This document shows positions 18,400 to 27,842 of a DNA stretch of 64,000 nt, in pieces (position 1 is the first letter of the stretch; each line of letters begins with the position of its first letter). The notes beneath the pieces are model-generated. The model had not been told where the DNA came from and searched no databases. It was given only the letters and a program-made list of their open reading frames with translations. Origin of the DNA: Vulcanimicrobiota bacterium (GTDB lineage Bacteria; Vulcanimicrobiota; Vulcanimicrobiia; Vulcanimicrobiales; Vulcanimicrobiaceae); the NCBI GenBank assembly GCA_963695225.1, contig OY968762.1:1760001-1824000 (forward strand). The letters are read 5' to 3'. Both the position numbers and the translations under genes were made by a program.

Positions 18400-18684
18400 A
18401 TGAAGTTCTTCCGCATGCTCGGCGCCCTCCGCGCGACACTCCCCCGGATCCTTCCGCTCATGCGGGACGCGCGCGTCCCGCTGTGGCTCAAAGCGAGCAC
18501 GCTGGCCGGTGCCGCCTTGATCGTCTCCCCGCTCGACCTGCTCGGCGATATCCCGATCGTCGGCATCTTCGACGATGTCGCCCTGCTGGGTCTCCTCGGC
18601 ATGCTCTTCGTGAACCTCGCGAGCTCGTCGCGCGAGCGCAATGCCGAACCCGAGCCCGAACTCAAGGTCGTCCAGCCGCTCTAA
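18400..18684 (+). CDS. DUF1232/YkvA-family membrane protein
   Basis: DARVPLWLK...SPLDLLGDIPIVGIFDD. Confidence 0.85.
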   Translation: MKFFRMLGALRATLPRILPLMRDARVPLWLKASTLAGAALIVSPLDLLGDIPIVGIFDDVALLGLLGMLFVNLASSSRERNAEPEPELKVVQPL

Positions 18685-18728
18685 CGCAGGCACGCGGGGC
18701 GCGGACGCTGCGCCGCGAAGAGGAACGC

Positions 18729-19070
18729 ATGGCTGACGACGACCGGCGGCTCGTGTATTCGACCGATGGTTCGCTCCCGCTTCCGCGGTTCGACCGCCCG
18801 GCTAAGCGCGCACCGGTTCGAACCGGCCCCGCTCTCCCCGAGGACGGGATCGTGCGAGTCGGCTGTGAAAAGCGACGCGGCGGAAGCGTGACGCTCGTCT
18901 ACGGCCTATCCGCGCCCGAGGTCGAAGCGACGGGGCGCGAGTTGCGTCGCCTCTGCGGTTCCGGCGGCACGTCGAAAGACGGCATCGTCGCGATCCAGGG
19001 CGATCATCGCACCGCGATCCTCGCGTATTTCGCCGCGCGCGACCGCAAGGCGAAGCGGATGGGCGGTTGA
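18729..19070 (+). CDS. yciH: SUI1-family translation factor YciH
   Basis: LVYSTD, DGIVRV, LRRLCGSGGTSKDG, IQGDHR, KRMGG. Confidence 0.85.
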   Translation: MADDDRRLVYSTDGSLPLPRFDRPAKRAPVRTGPALPEDGIVRVGCEKRRGGSVTLVYGLSAPEVEATGRELRRLCGSGGTSKDGIVAIQGDHRTAILAYFAARDRKAKRMGG

Positions 19071-19140
19071 GCGCGGAGGCGTTTTGACGGACCGGCCGCG
19101 TGCTAACGAATCCTCAACGGATCGACCGATAACCGGAGAG

Positions 19141-20562
19141 ATGCGCGCGCTTTCCGGTAGTGCCCCGCTGGCGTTGCTCCCAACGAATGCGGTTCCCGCT
19201 CTCCAGCAGACTCGGTTCGGACCAGGCGTCCTCGTATCGCTCTCCTCGGGGAGCGTCGCGGGCGACCTGCGGGCGGTGCAGCGGGACACTCGGCTGCGCC
19301 GGACGACGTACGAGCTCGTCCTCACGAACGAAAGCGTCGCGCCGGTCGCCGCCTACACGTACGCCCTCGGCCAGGCGGCCTCGAACGGCGCGAGCTGGCG
19401 CACGGTAACGGTTCCCCCCTTCAGCTCGATCGCGGTGACGATCGACGTGCCGTTCCCGCCTCGCGGCGTCGAGCAGCGGGTCGTCGCGGAACTGCACGCG
19501 GAAGAAGCGCACTGGACGATCGACGCGCATGGGCCGCGAGTCGTCGAACGCCCTCCGAAGCCCCGCAACGTCGCCCTGTTCGTCGCACTCTTCATCGCGG
19601 CGCTCGCCGCAGGAGCCTACGCCGTCTTCGGACCGAAGGTGACCGCGCTCGCCGCCCCCGCTTCCGTCCCCGGCGGAACCGATTTCCAAGTCGCGTACGC
19701 GACGAGCGGCGCCGACCGCCTCCGCTGGAGCGTCGAGAACGCCGACGGAATCGAAGTGCATGGGGGCGCCCTCGCGGAACCGCACGGCGCGATCTCCCTG
19801 CAGCTCCCGCAGACCTCGCGCGCCGAAGGGTACGACCTGCACATCGACGCGGCGGGCCCGTTCGGCAGTCAGACGCGCACGGCGCACGTCGTCGCGCTGC
19901 CCGACACGGCGAAGCTCGCGGCGGAGCCCGTTCGGATCGCCTCGCTGTTCGTGGTGAACCAAGAGGTGGGAAGCGGGAAGCCGATCCTCGTCACCTATCG
20001 CACGAACGGCGACGCGGGGACGGTCAGCCTGCTCGACCAAAGCGATAACGTCCGGGCGAGCGCGCCGATGGATCGCTCCGGCACGGCAACGCTCGTCGCT
20101 CCGCGGGTCGAGACCGATCAGTCCTTCCGCATCGTTCTGGATGCCCAACGGAACGGAGCGCACTCGGAGTCGAGCGTCGGCGTCACCGTCCGGGCGAACG
20201 CCGTCGCGGCCGTCGCCGGCGCCCCGGTCGCCGCCGAAGACGTCGCGCCCGGCCCGAGCCCCGCTTCGATCTCCTTGCGCAAGCAGCGTTACCGTTCGGA
20301 GGAGGCGATCCCGATCGATGTCGCCCGGAATCTGGCGAACGTCCACGTCGCCATCGCGAACGCGGGCGGCGTCGAGATGGCGAGCAAGGACCTCCTCCCC
20401 GGCGAGCGGACGGCGGTGCTCCTCGCGCCGGACGTCTCCGCCCCGACCAAGCTCCTGGTGGTCGCGACGTTCCAGCGCGGCGTCGGCCAAGAGACCGTGG
20501 TCCGCTCCATCGAGGTCCGGCCCGCCCTCAGACATTCGAAGCCTGCCGTCAACGGTCCGTAA
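19141..20562 (+). CDS. Single-pass membrane protein with several beta-rich (Ig-like) extracytoplasmic domains
   Basis: GGAG RBS before ATG 19141; TM VALFVALFIAALAAGAYAVF; repeated beta-strand patterns; no recognised family. Confidence 0.65.
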   Translation: MRALSGSAPLALLPTNAVPALQQTRFGPGVLVSLSSGSVAGDLRAVQRDTRLRRTTYELVLTNESVAPVAAYTYALGQAASNGASWRTVTVPPFSSIAVTIDVPFPPRGVEQRVVAELHAEEAHWTIDAHGPRVVERPPKPRNVALFVALFIAALAAGAYAVFGPKVTALAAPASVPGGTDFQVAYATSGADRLRWSVENADGIEVHGGALAEPHGAISLQLPQTSRAEGYDLHIDAAGPFGSQTRTAHVVALPDTAKLAAEPVRIASLFVVNQEVGSGKPILVTYRTNGDAGTVSLLDQSDNVRASAPMDRSGTATLVAPRVETDQSFRIVLDAQRNGAHSESSVGVTVRANAVAAVAGAPVAAEDVAPGPSPASISLRKQRYRSEEAIPIDVARNLANVHVAIANAGGVEMASKDLLPGERTAVLLAPDVSAPTKLLVVATFQRGVGQETVVRSIEVRPALRHSKPAVNGP

Positions 20563-20752
20563 ACGCAAGGCCGCGCCTCGGGCGGCCGTCGCGTGACCTC
20601 CCGTGACGTTCCCTCCCCGGCGGACGCCTAAGGGGCTCGCTGCCCGCTCGATTGTGACCCGGTTCCCTCGCGGAAACCCTAAAGTTCGCCGTCAACGCGC
20701 CGTAAACAGAGGGAGAACGGAGTCTCTCGATTTCCTACGGAGGCGTATTTCG

Positions 20753-22357
20753 TTGTCTTCCCCGCAGTTGCCGAAGCTGGCGCCCACCCTCATCGAACGG
20801 CCCCGCGTGACGAGCTGGCTGCAACGCAATGCCCTCCTTCCGCTACGCCTCGTGACGGGACCGGCAGGGTCCGGGAAGACCACCGCGATCGCCCACTACC
20901 TCGCGAGTTCGACGGACAACGCGGCGTATGTCAAAGTCGGCGACGAGGAGACGCCCGCAGCCTTCTGGCCGCGCCTGGGCTCGATGCTCGGGATGCAGCC
21001 GGCTCCCAAACATTACGACGAGTTTCTCGCCCGCTTGCGCAAACAGCCGCCCTGCGAGCTGACGATCGACGAATTCGATCGCGGCTCACCGACGCTGCTC
21101 TCCGAGTTCAACGAGATCGTTTGCGACTCTCCCGATTCGGTTCGTTTCGTCTACGTCGGCCGCTCGCGGATCGCCATCGACGCCGAACGGCTGATCACGC
21201 AAGGTTTTGCTGGCGCCCTCCACGCGGCCGATCTCGCCTTCGACGCGCTCGAGGTCGGGCGCCTCGCCGATCTCTCCAACGTCCGGCATACGACGAGCGA
21301 GATCGACGCGCTCTTGGCCGAAACCGACGGCTGGCCGATCGTGATCGCCGGCGCCGTCCGCGAGGCCGCCGCGAGTTCGGGAAGCCTCGCCGGCGCCTAC
21401 GAAGCTTGGTGCAGCCGGAGCGGAAGGCACTTCTCCGGGTACATCGCCAGCGTGCTGCGGCATACGAGCGAATTCCACCGCGCCGCATTCCGTTACGCGA
21501 TGCGCGCGACGGACCCGGCCGAGCGCGACGATCAGCTCGCGATGCTCGAAGCCCGCGGCCTCTTCGTGCGCTATCACGACGGACGCTACGCGCCGATGCG
21601 CGTCGCCCGCCGTTTCTTCGTCGACGAATCGCGCCCGGAGCCGGGCACGCAGGCGCCCGTCCCGATGATGACGGTGCGAATGTTCGGCCGCTTCGAAGCG
21701 ACGATCGAAGGCGAAGTCGTGGAGTGGATCCGCCGCCGTGACCAGCAACTCTTCAAGTACCTCCTGCTCAAACCCAACGGCACCGCGACGCGCAACGAAG
21801 TGCGCGAGGCGTTCTGGGGAGACGCGGAAGCGCATCAAGCGATGCAGAGCCTGCGGACGGCTGCGAGCAACATCCGCAAGGCGATCGGGAACGTCGTCGG
21901 CTTCGAGCTCGTGGATCAATACTTCTTCACCCGGGGCAACGACATCGTCGTCAACCTCGCCAACGTCGTGATCGACGTACGCCGCTTCAGCGCCCACGCG
22001 CACGACGGCGATGCTCAACTCGAACGCGGCAACACGCGCGAAGCGATGGCTCACTACCGTGCGGCCGAAGACATCTACAACGGCGAACTGCTCTGCGGCG
22101 AGTATCCGGAGCCGTGGTACGCCGCACGCGCGGAGATGTACAAAGCGGTCTACGTGACCGTCCTAGAGCGCCTCGCCGAGCTGTATCGCGAGGAGGGCTC
22201 CGACCGTCGCGCGCGCGAATACGCGGCGCGAGTCCTCGAAACGCAGCCGCAGAACCTGCGGATGCGCCGGCTGTTGATCGGCGGCTCGGGCGACGAGCAG
22301 CCCGCGCCGGCGAAAAAGGCTGCGCTAGGCTTTGCTGCGAGGCCCGTCCGCGCCTGA
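20753..22357 (+). CDS. Transcriptional regulator: shortened MalT-like NTPase plus SARP-type wHTH/BTAD
   Basis: GGAGG RBS; PKL..IERPR, Walker A GPAGSGKT, ETDGWP; C-terminal VRMFGRFE, FW, SLRTAASNIRK, IDVRRF, IYNGELL...W. Confidence 0.8.
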   Translation: MSSPQLPKLAPTLIERPRVTSWLQRNALLPLRLVTGPAGSGKTTAIAHYLASSTDNAAYVKVGDEETPAAFWPRLGSMLGMQPAPKHYDEFLARLRKQPPCELTIDEFDRGSPTLLSEFNEIVCDSPDSVRFVYVGRSRIAIDAERLITQGFAGALHAADLAFDALEVGRLADLSNVRHTTSEIDALLAETDGWPIVIAGAVREAAASSGSLAGAYEAWCSRSGRHFSGYIASVLRHTSEFHRAAFRYAMRATDPAERDDQLAMLEARGLFVRYHDGRYAPMRVARRFFVDESRPEPGTQAPVPMMTVRMFGRFEATIEGEVVEWIRRRDQQLFKYLLLKPNGTATRNEVREAFWGDAEAHQAMQSLRTAASNIRKAIGNVVGFELVDQYFFTRGNDIVVNLANVVIDVRRFSAHAHDGDAQLERGNTREAMAHYRAAEDIYNGELLCGEYPEPWYAARAEMYKAVYVTVLERLAELYREEGSDRRAREYAARVLETQPQNLRMRRLLIGGSGDEQPAPAKKAALGFAARPVRA

Positions 22358-23758
22358 GACCTTGATCCAGAGGCGGTACTTCTCGTCGCTGAAGGCGTCG
22401 CGCCATCCCGGCAAGTCGTGGAGCACGACGTCGAGCGCGGCGCCGCGAGTGGTAACGATCGCGTTCACGCCGCGCGCCGCCAGGCGTTCGCGGAAGGCGG
22501 GCCCGAGATCGGAAATCTCCGCGTAATCCCGCCAAACGTCGGCCGGATACGGATCGGCGCGCCCGTCAAGAAAGACCCGCGTGCGAGGCGTTCGCGCGTC
22601 CAAGTTGCACCAGGCGAAGTCGAGGCAGAACAAACGATGTTCTCCCGGCACGCGGCCGAGCGCGACGAGCGCCGCGGTCGGCAGATGCTCGTCGCGGCGC
22701 GCCTCCCGATCGTTCCAGAGATACGCCCCCGTGAGGATCGCGAGCAGCAGGCTGAACGCCGGGACGGCGCGATCGGCGATGCGTTCCTGTCGCGGGTCCA
22801 ACTGCCGGTCGAAACGGCGCGGCACGAGCGCGAGGAATCGGTCGAAACCGGCGGCGGCGAACGGTGCCGCCACGATGCCGAAGACCGCGATGTTGCGCGC
22901 CGCGGTGAGCAGCAGAAACGTCATCGCGCCGAGGACGAGCCGGTCGCGCCAGGGCATTCGGGTCCGAGCGTCCGCGCCGAGCGCCGCGAAGATTAGCGGG
23001 AACGCGCCGAAGCAGAACGATAGCTGGACGAGGCTCGTCACCTGCCACTCGTCGATCCACGCTTTGATCGGGCTTTGGAACAGCGAGAGCGCGTAGAGCG
23101 GGAGTCCCGCGCCGAAGGGGTTGAGACAAATCGCGACGCCGAGTGCGGCGGCCAGCGCGGCGAGGCGGCGGACGCGGGGGGAGAACCCGCGGTCGTCGAG
23201 CAGCGCGCCGAGCGCGATGAGGCTCGCGAGGATCGGCGCCAGCATCGCGCTCGCATGGAGATTCGACCACAGCGCCGCAAGCGGAATCGCGAAGTATGCC
23301 GCCGGTCCCTCGATCTCGAGCAGCAGGAGCATCGCCGCGAGGAACGGCCAAGCCACGACCTGCGCGCGAACTCCGAACGATTCGAGCAGGCAGACGGCGG
23401 CGAACGCCGTGGCGGCGGCGGTCGCGAGCGAGGACGAACCGCGCGCCAGCGAGCGCCGGGCGGTCAGGACGAGCGCGGCGAGCGCGGACGCAGCGGCGCC
23501 TGCCGCAAAGAGCGGCCACGCGCCGTGCTCCTTCGACAACGCGACGCCGATCCCGAACAGCCACTCCTGCGGCGTCCACGGCGCACCCGCAGCGGTAAAC
23601 GTTTCGTCGCCGAGCGCGCGCGGGATGTGCCCGTCGTGGAGGATGCGATCGCCGAGGGCCTGCTGCCACATCAAATCGCCGTCGCCCGGCGGATAGCCGA
23701 GCGCGTAGAGCACGAAGCGCACGGCGAACAGCGCGAGCACGATCCAGGTGAACCTCAT
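22325..23758 (-). CDS. Multi-pass membrane protein, putative GT-C-fold glycosyltransferase
   Basis: First loop GDGDLMWQ..LG..I, QEWLF, LWSNLHAS, NPFG, IDEW, C-terminal VFLDGRADPYP. Confidence 0.6.
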   Translation of the reverse strand: MRFTWIVLALFAVRFVLYALGYPPGDGDLMWQQALGDRILHDGHIPRALGDETFTAAGAPWTPQEWLFGIGVALSKEHGAWPLFAAGAAASALAALVLTARRSLARGSSSLATAAATAFAAVCLLESFGVRAQVVAWPFLAAMLLLLEIEGPAAYFAIPLAALWSNLHASAMLAPILASLIALGALLDDRGFSPRVRRLAALAAALGVAICLNPFGAGLPLYALSLFQSPIKAWIDEWQVTSLVQLSFCFGAFPLIFAALGADARTRMPWRDRLVLGAMTFLLLTAARNIAVFGIVAAPFAAAGFDRFLALVPRRFDRQLDPRQERIADRAVPAFSLLLAILTGAYLWNDREARRDEHLPTAALVALGRVPGEHRLFCLDFAWCNLDARTPRTRVFLDGRADPYPADVWRDYAEISDLGPAFRERLAARGVNAIVTTRGAALDVVLHDLPGWRDAFSDEKYRLWIKVSGADGPRSKA

Positions 23759-25146
23759 CGCGCGCTCCGATCCGCGCGAACGAAGAGCGTCACGCGCTCG
23801 GTTCGGAATGCCGCCCGCCAGCCGGGCTGCATCGCGAGCAATGCCGCAAGCCCTTGCCGGTTCCCGACCAGGATCGTGTCGATGCCGTTGCGTTCGAGGA
23901 CGCTCCGCCACGCCGGGCGAACGTGCGCGACCGTCACCTGATCCGCCAGACGCCGTGCGTCGAGTCCGCCGATGCGATCGCTCGCGAACGCGTGCATGTC
24001 GCTGCGCCCGAGCGCCTCGACGAGCGCGCACCAATTCACGGGCTGGCAGAGCACGGTGCGCCCGGACGGCCGGGCCGCGAGCGAAGCGAGCTCATCGACG
24101 AGCGGGGCCGGGGCGGCGGGCGGGACTCCGGCTTTCGCGCGCAGGTTCGCGGTCGCAGGCGCGATCAACGCACAAACGAAGGCGATGCCGAGTGCGCCCA
24201 AGGCGGCGCGAGAAGTCGCCGGCGCAGGCTGCGAGCCGTTCCGCGCCGCGGAGACGAGACACGGAAGGATCGCGATTCCCGCGAGCGGCAGCGCCGCCCC
24301 GGAGGCGAAGGCGCACGAGAGCGCGACCACGACCATGGGCCAATCCGCAAGCCGGGGGAGCCGCAAGCACGCGAGCGCGACGACGAGCGGAATCAACCCG
24401 AAGCGATACGCCTCCGGAGAGATCGCGTTCGGCTCCCAAGCGACCACCTTCGAGAGCGGGTCGGCGAACGAGATTTGCGCGAAAGCCTCTCGCGGCAAAC
24501 CGAGCCCGGCGGCCGTCGCGGCCACCGCCAGCGCGCTGCCTGCGGCGATTGCGAGCAGAGCCCGCTCGCCGCGCCGGCCGAACGCCGCGGCGAGCGCGAG
24601 CGCGGGTGCCGCGGCACCGGTCCAGGACGAGGACGCCCACGCCCAAGCGAGCAGGATCGCCACCGCGGGCCGCCGCGCATCCTCCCACACGAGCGCGAGA
24701 CCGAACGCCGCGGCGAGCATCCACGAAAACGAATCGGCATCGGCTCGAAACGCCCCGATCGAAAGAAGCGCGGCGCCCCCGCCCGCGACCAGCGCCCGGA
24801 ATTCCGAGGCGCCTCGCGCTCGCGCTTGGGCCTCGACGAGCGCGAGCATCGCGATCGCGCAGAACGCAGAGAAAGCCTCGACGCCGCCGAGCCCGAAGGC
24901 TCGCTCGACGACGGCATAAAGCGTGCTCGAAAGCGCATCGAGCCGGCCCGCCGGCCCGGCGCCGTTCAAGATCGCTCTCCCGTTCGCGAGCAGGCGGACG
25001 AACGCGGGATCTCCGCTGCTCCGCGCGCCGACGGCCGCCGCGACGGAAACGTAGAGGAGCGTTCGCGAGATCCAGGCGGCCGGCGTCCGGATGCACGCGT
25101 CGACGCCGGCGACCGGGCGAGCGCTCGCGGCCGGCGTCCCGATCAT
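23755..25146 (-). CDS. Degenerate paralogue of the adjacent putative GT-C membrane protein
   Basis: Same layout (LANGRAIL, VVAWEP, VLCQPVNWC, WRSVLERNGIDTIL, PGWRAAF) with catalytic-looking motifs eroded; 4-bp overlaps with both neighbours. Confidence 0.55.
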   Translation of the reverse strand: MIGTPAASARPVAGVDACIRTPAAWISRTLLYVSVAAAVGARSSGDPAFVRLLANGRAILNGAGPAGRLDALSSTLYAVVERAFGLGGVEAFSAFCAIAMLALVEAQARARGASEFRALVAGGGAALLSIGAFRADADSFSWMLAAAFGLALVWEDARRPAVAILLAWAWASSSWTGAAAPALALAAAFGRRGERALLAIAAGSALAVAATAAGLGLPREAFAQISFADPLSKVVAWEPNAISPEAYRFGLIPLVVALACLRLPRLADWPMVVVALSCAFASGAALPLAGIAILPCLVSAARNGSQPAPATSRAALGALGIAFVCALIAPATANLRAKAGVPPAAPAPLVDELASLAARPSGRTVLCQPVNWCALVEALGRSDMHAFASDRIGGLDARRLADQVTVAHVRPAWRSVLERNGIDTILVGNRQGLAALLAMQPGWRAAFRTERVTLFVRADRSAR

Positions 25147-25490
25147 TCCAGTACTAGGCGATCGCCTACCAGGACATCGCGCGGCTCGCTGCCGGAGCCC
25201 AATTCGACGACCGCGACGGAACGCGCGCACGAGATCACGAGCCTGTTCGGGCGGGCGCCGTTGACGATTTTCAAGATCCGGCCGTCGCGATCCAGGAAGA
25301 ACAGATCGATGACGGCGCGCATCCCCACGGTGTGCACTGCGGAGCAGCCGTCGATCCACAGACCCTCGTCATCCGCGACGGTCGCGCGCGGCAAGAGGCC
25401 GACTCCGCGCGTGATGAAATTTTCCGCCCGCATGACGCGCGAGGCGAGCACGCGGCCGTTCGAGGCGTTACGCAAGATTCGTTCGCTCAT
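25143..25490 (-). CDS. DUF192 domain protein
   Basis: RAENFITRGVGLL, GLWIDGCSAVHTVGM, IDLFFLD, VVELG; ATG at 25490. Confidence 0.85.
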   Translation of the reverse strand: MSERILRNASNGRVLASRVMRAENFITRGVGLLPRATVADDEGLWIDGCSAVHTVGMRAVIDLFFLDRDGRILKIVNGARPNRLVISCARSVAVVELGSGSEPRDVLVGDRLVLE

Positions 25491-25491
25491 C

Positions 25492-26100
25492 TCAGTGCCC
25501 AAACATCATCTTCAGCGCGATTGCGCTCGCGAGATAGGGACCGAACGCGATCGGCTCCTTGCGCCGGTTCATGATGAATGCCAGCGCCACGGCGACGAGG
25601 CAGGCCGCCGAGAAAGCCACGTAGGCATCCCAATAGCCGAGCACGCCGCCTCCGAGCGCCGCCAGCTTCACGTCGCCCCAGCCCATCCCGCGCCCCTTCG
25701 AGAGAAACGCGGCGATCGCGAACGGGAAGAAGAGCACGGCTGCCGAGAAGAGCGGCTGCCACGCGTGGAAAACGATCGAATAGAGCAACACGACGCCCAG
25801 CGGAATCAGCGTGAAGTAATCGGGGATGATCCCGCAACGTACGTCGGAATCCCAGGCCGCCGCGAGCCCCGTCGTGACGACCGCGAGCATCCCGATCATC
25901 GGGAGCGGCGTCCCTTGAAAGGCTAGGACGCCGCCGACGGTCGCGGCACCGGCGATCAACAGCAGAACGGGCGGCGTGCCCGGTTTGGGGCCGTCCTCGA
26001 ACGGCACGATCTTCGCGCAGATCAGACGGCTCGCTTCGAGGCCCAAGTACGCGAGGCAGCCGTAGACTACGGCAACGACCGCGATCTGCCAGGGATTCAT
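25492..26100 (-). CDS. A24-family prepilin peptidase (PilD-like C-terminal domain)
   Basis: AWDSD...IIPD, GMGWGDVKL, IAFGPYL. Confidence 0.85.
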   Translation of the reverse strand: MNPWQIAVVAVVYGCLAYLGLEASRLICAKIVPFEDGPKPGTPPVLLLIAGAATVGGVLAFQGTPLPMIGMLAVVTTGLAAAWDSDVRCGIIPDYFTLIPLGVVLLYSIVFHAWQPLFSAAVLFFPFAIAAFLSKGRGMGWGDVKLAALGGGVLGYWDAYVAFSAACLVAVALAFIMNRRKEPIAFGPYLASAIALKMMFGH

Positions 26101-26101
26101 C

Positions 26102-26989
26102 TTAGTGCGGCCTGCTGAGGTACTCGGCGACGACCGGTCCGAAGATGATCACGAACAGCGCCGGCAACATGAACAGCGCCATCGGGATCACCATCTTGAT
26201 CGGCATCATCGCGGCGATCTCCTCGGCACGCGACATGCGCTTGTTGCGCGACTCGGCCGACAGCTCTTCGAGCACGTGGGAGAGGTCGGAGCCGAGCCGC
26301 TCGGCTTGCACGACCGCCGTCACCGTCGTCGTTAATTCTTGATGCTTGGCGCGAATCGCCATCGATTTGAGAGCCTCGGCGCGGGAACGGCCGAGCCGAA
26401 TCTCGGAGAGAACCGCTCGAATCTCCTCTTTCAAGGGGCCGGTCGTCGCCTCTTCCGCGTAGCCGAGCGCCGCGTTGAACGCAAGGCCGGCCTTCACCGT
26501 CGTCGCGAGCATGTCGAGCAGGTCGGGCAACGCTTTCTGGATCGCGATCTTGCGCTTGGCGATCGCAGCGCGCAGACGCGAGAGCGGGAAATACAGGCCC
26601 ACGATCACGAGCAACCCGATCCCGAGCCACATGATGTAATCCCAGAAATTGAGGTACGTAGCGACCGCGAGCCCCGCCGTGAGGCCGAAGCAGCCGCCGG
26701 AAACCATGCGCGCGGCCATCTTCGCCGGCGTGACCGTGTACCAGCCGGCCTCGAGCAGCTGGTCCTTGAGCGTCGTGCGCTGCTTCTCGTTGAAGATCTT
26801 CTCGAGCGCCTTTTCGCGCGCCGACCCGGAGCCCTGTTCCCACTTCAGGCCCTCGAGCTCTTCGAGACGTTTGGTGACCTCGCTCTTGGACGGGATCAGC
26901 GAGAGCGCGAACAAGAACGCGGAGCCGGCGAACAGGATCGAGATGACCCAAATCACCACCGGGACGTTGGGCAACGAAGCGCTAAACAT
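26102..26989 (-). CDS. tadC: Tad pilus platform protein TadC
   Basis: T2SSF domain LPDLLDML...GLAFNAAL...G.SRAEAL...QAERLG...RAEE.A...KM.IP..LFMLPALF. Confidence 0.9.
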   Translation of the reverse strand: MFSASLPNVPVVIWVISILFAGSAFLFALSLIPSKSEVTKRLEELEGLKWEQGSGSAREKALEKIFNEKQRTTLKDQLLEAGWYTVTPAKMAARMVSGGCFGLTAGLAVATYLNFWDYIMWLGIGLLVIVGLYFPLSRLRAAIAKRKIAIQKALPDLLDMLATTVKAGLAFNAALGYAEEATTGPLKEEIRAVLSEIRLGRSRAEALKSMAIRAKHQELTTTVTAVVQAERLGSDLSHVLEELSAESRNKRMSRAEEIAAMMPIKMVIPMALFMLPALFVIIFGPVVAEYLSRPH

Positions 26990-27842
26990 CGAACTGCAGA
27001 ATCTTGGAGAGGGAGTAAGCGGCCAGCCCCTCGAGCCCGGCGACGATGCCGAGCGCGATCCAGCCCGGCTGCGTGTGCAGCATCGGTTCCGACATCGACG
27101 GTTGCGTCAGCAGCACGAATCCGCCGACGAGCACGGGGAGGGAACCGATGATCCACGCGCTGCCGCGGCCTTGCGCGGTGAGCGCGCTCATTTTGCGCTG
27201 GATACGGCGGCGGTCGCGGATCGTGTTCGCGAGGCTCTCCAGAACCTTCGCCAAGTCGCCGCCGGTCGTCGATTGAATCCGAATGGATTTCGCCATCATG
27301 TTCATCTCCTGGCTCGGCATAGACGTCGCCAGTTCGTCGAGGGCATCGAGGATGCTCACGCCGATGTTCGTGCGGCCCACGACGCGCATGAACTCACGCC
27401 GCGCCGGGTCCGGCACTTCCTCGGTAACCAGAATGATCGATTGGCGCAGGCCCAAACCGACGCGAAGCGCGCCGGACATTTGGCGCAGCACGAGTTCGAG
27501 CTGTTGCGTGAACGAATTCACGCGCCGCGCCCCCGCGATCTTTAGATAATACGTCCCGAACACGAGCGAGATCGCGAGCGAGAGCGGAAGCATCAGGAGG
27601 CCGATGGTGAGCGTCGTATGGAGCAGCAGCGCGAGCGCGATCCACATCAGGGAGCCCGCTCCGAGCATGATCAGCACGTAGTCCTGCGGCTTGATCTTGA
27701 AATCGGCTCGGGCGATCCCGTCCTCGAAGGACTTTCCCAAGCCCTCGAGCCACCCCGTGAAGCTCCCGCCGAGCGAGAACGCGATGAGCCCGAAGAAGGC
27801 CGATACGCCGAGCAAGATGGCATACGGTGCTGCTGTGGTCAC
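26982..27842 (-). CDS. tadB: Tad pilus platform protein TadB
   Basis: FTQQL...GALRVG...P..REF...IQSTTGGDLAKVLE...IRDR...LTAQGRGSAWII..LP. Confidence 0.9.
   Translation of the reverse strand: MTTAAPYAILLGVSAFFGLIAFSLGGSFTGWLEGLGKSFEDGIARADFKIKPQDYVLIMLGAGSLMWIALALLLHTTLTIGLLMLPLSLAISLVFGTYYLKIAGARRVNSFTQQLELVLRQMSGALRVGLGLRQSIILVTEEVPDPARREFMRVVGRTNIGVSILDALDELATSMPSQEMNMMAKSIRIQSTTGGDLAKVLESLANTIRDRRRIQRKMSALTAQGRGSAWIIGSLPVLVGGFVLLTQPSMSEPMLHTQPGWIALGIVAGLEGLAAYSLSKILQFDV

Noticed and set aside
20563..20752. c-di-GMP riboswitch upstream of the BTAD regulator or the flp genes
   Set aside because: No GEMM core (GGCAAAC...GAAA...GACGCAAAG) recognised by eye; an Rfam scan would be decisive.
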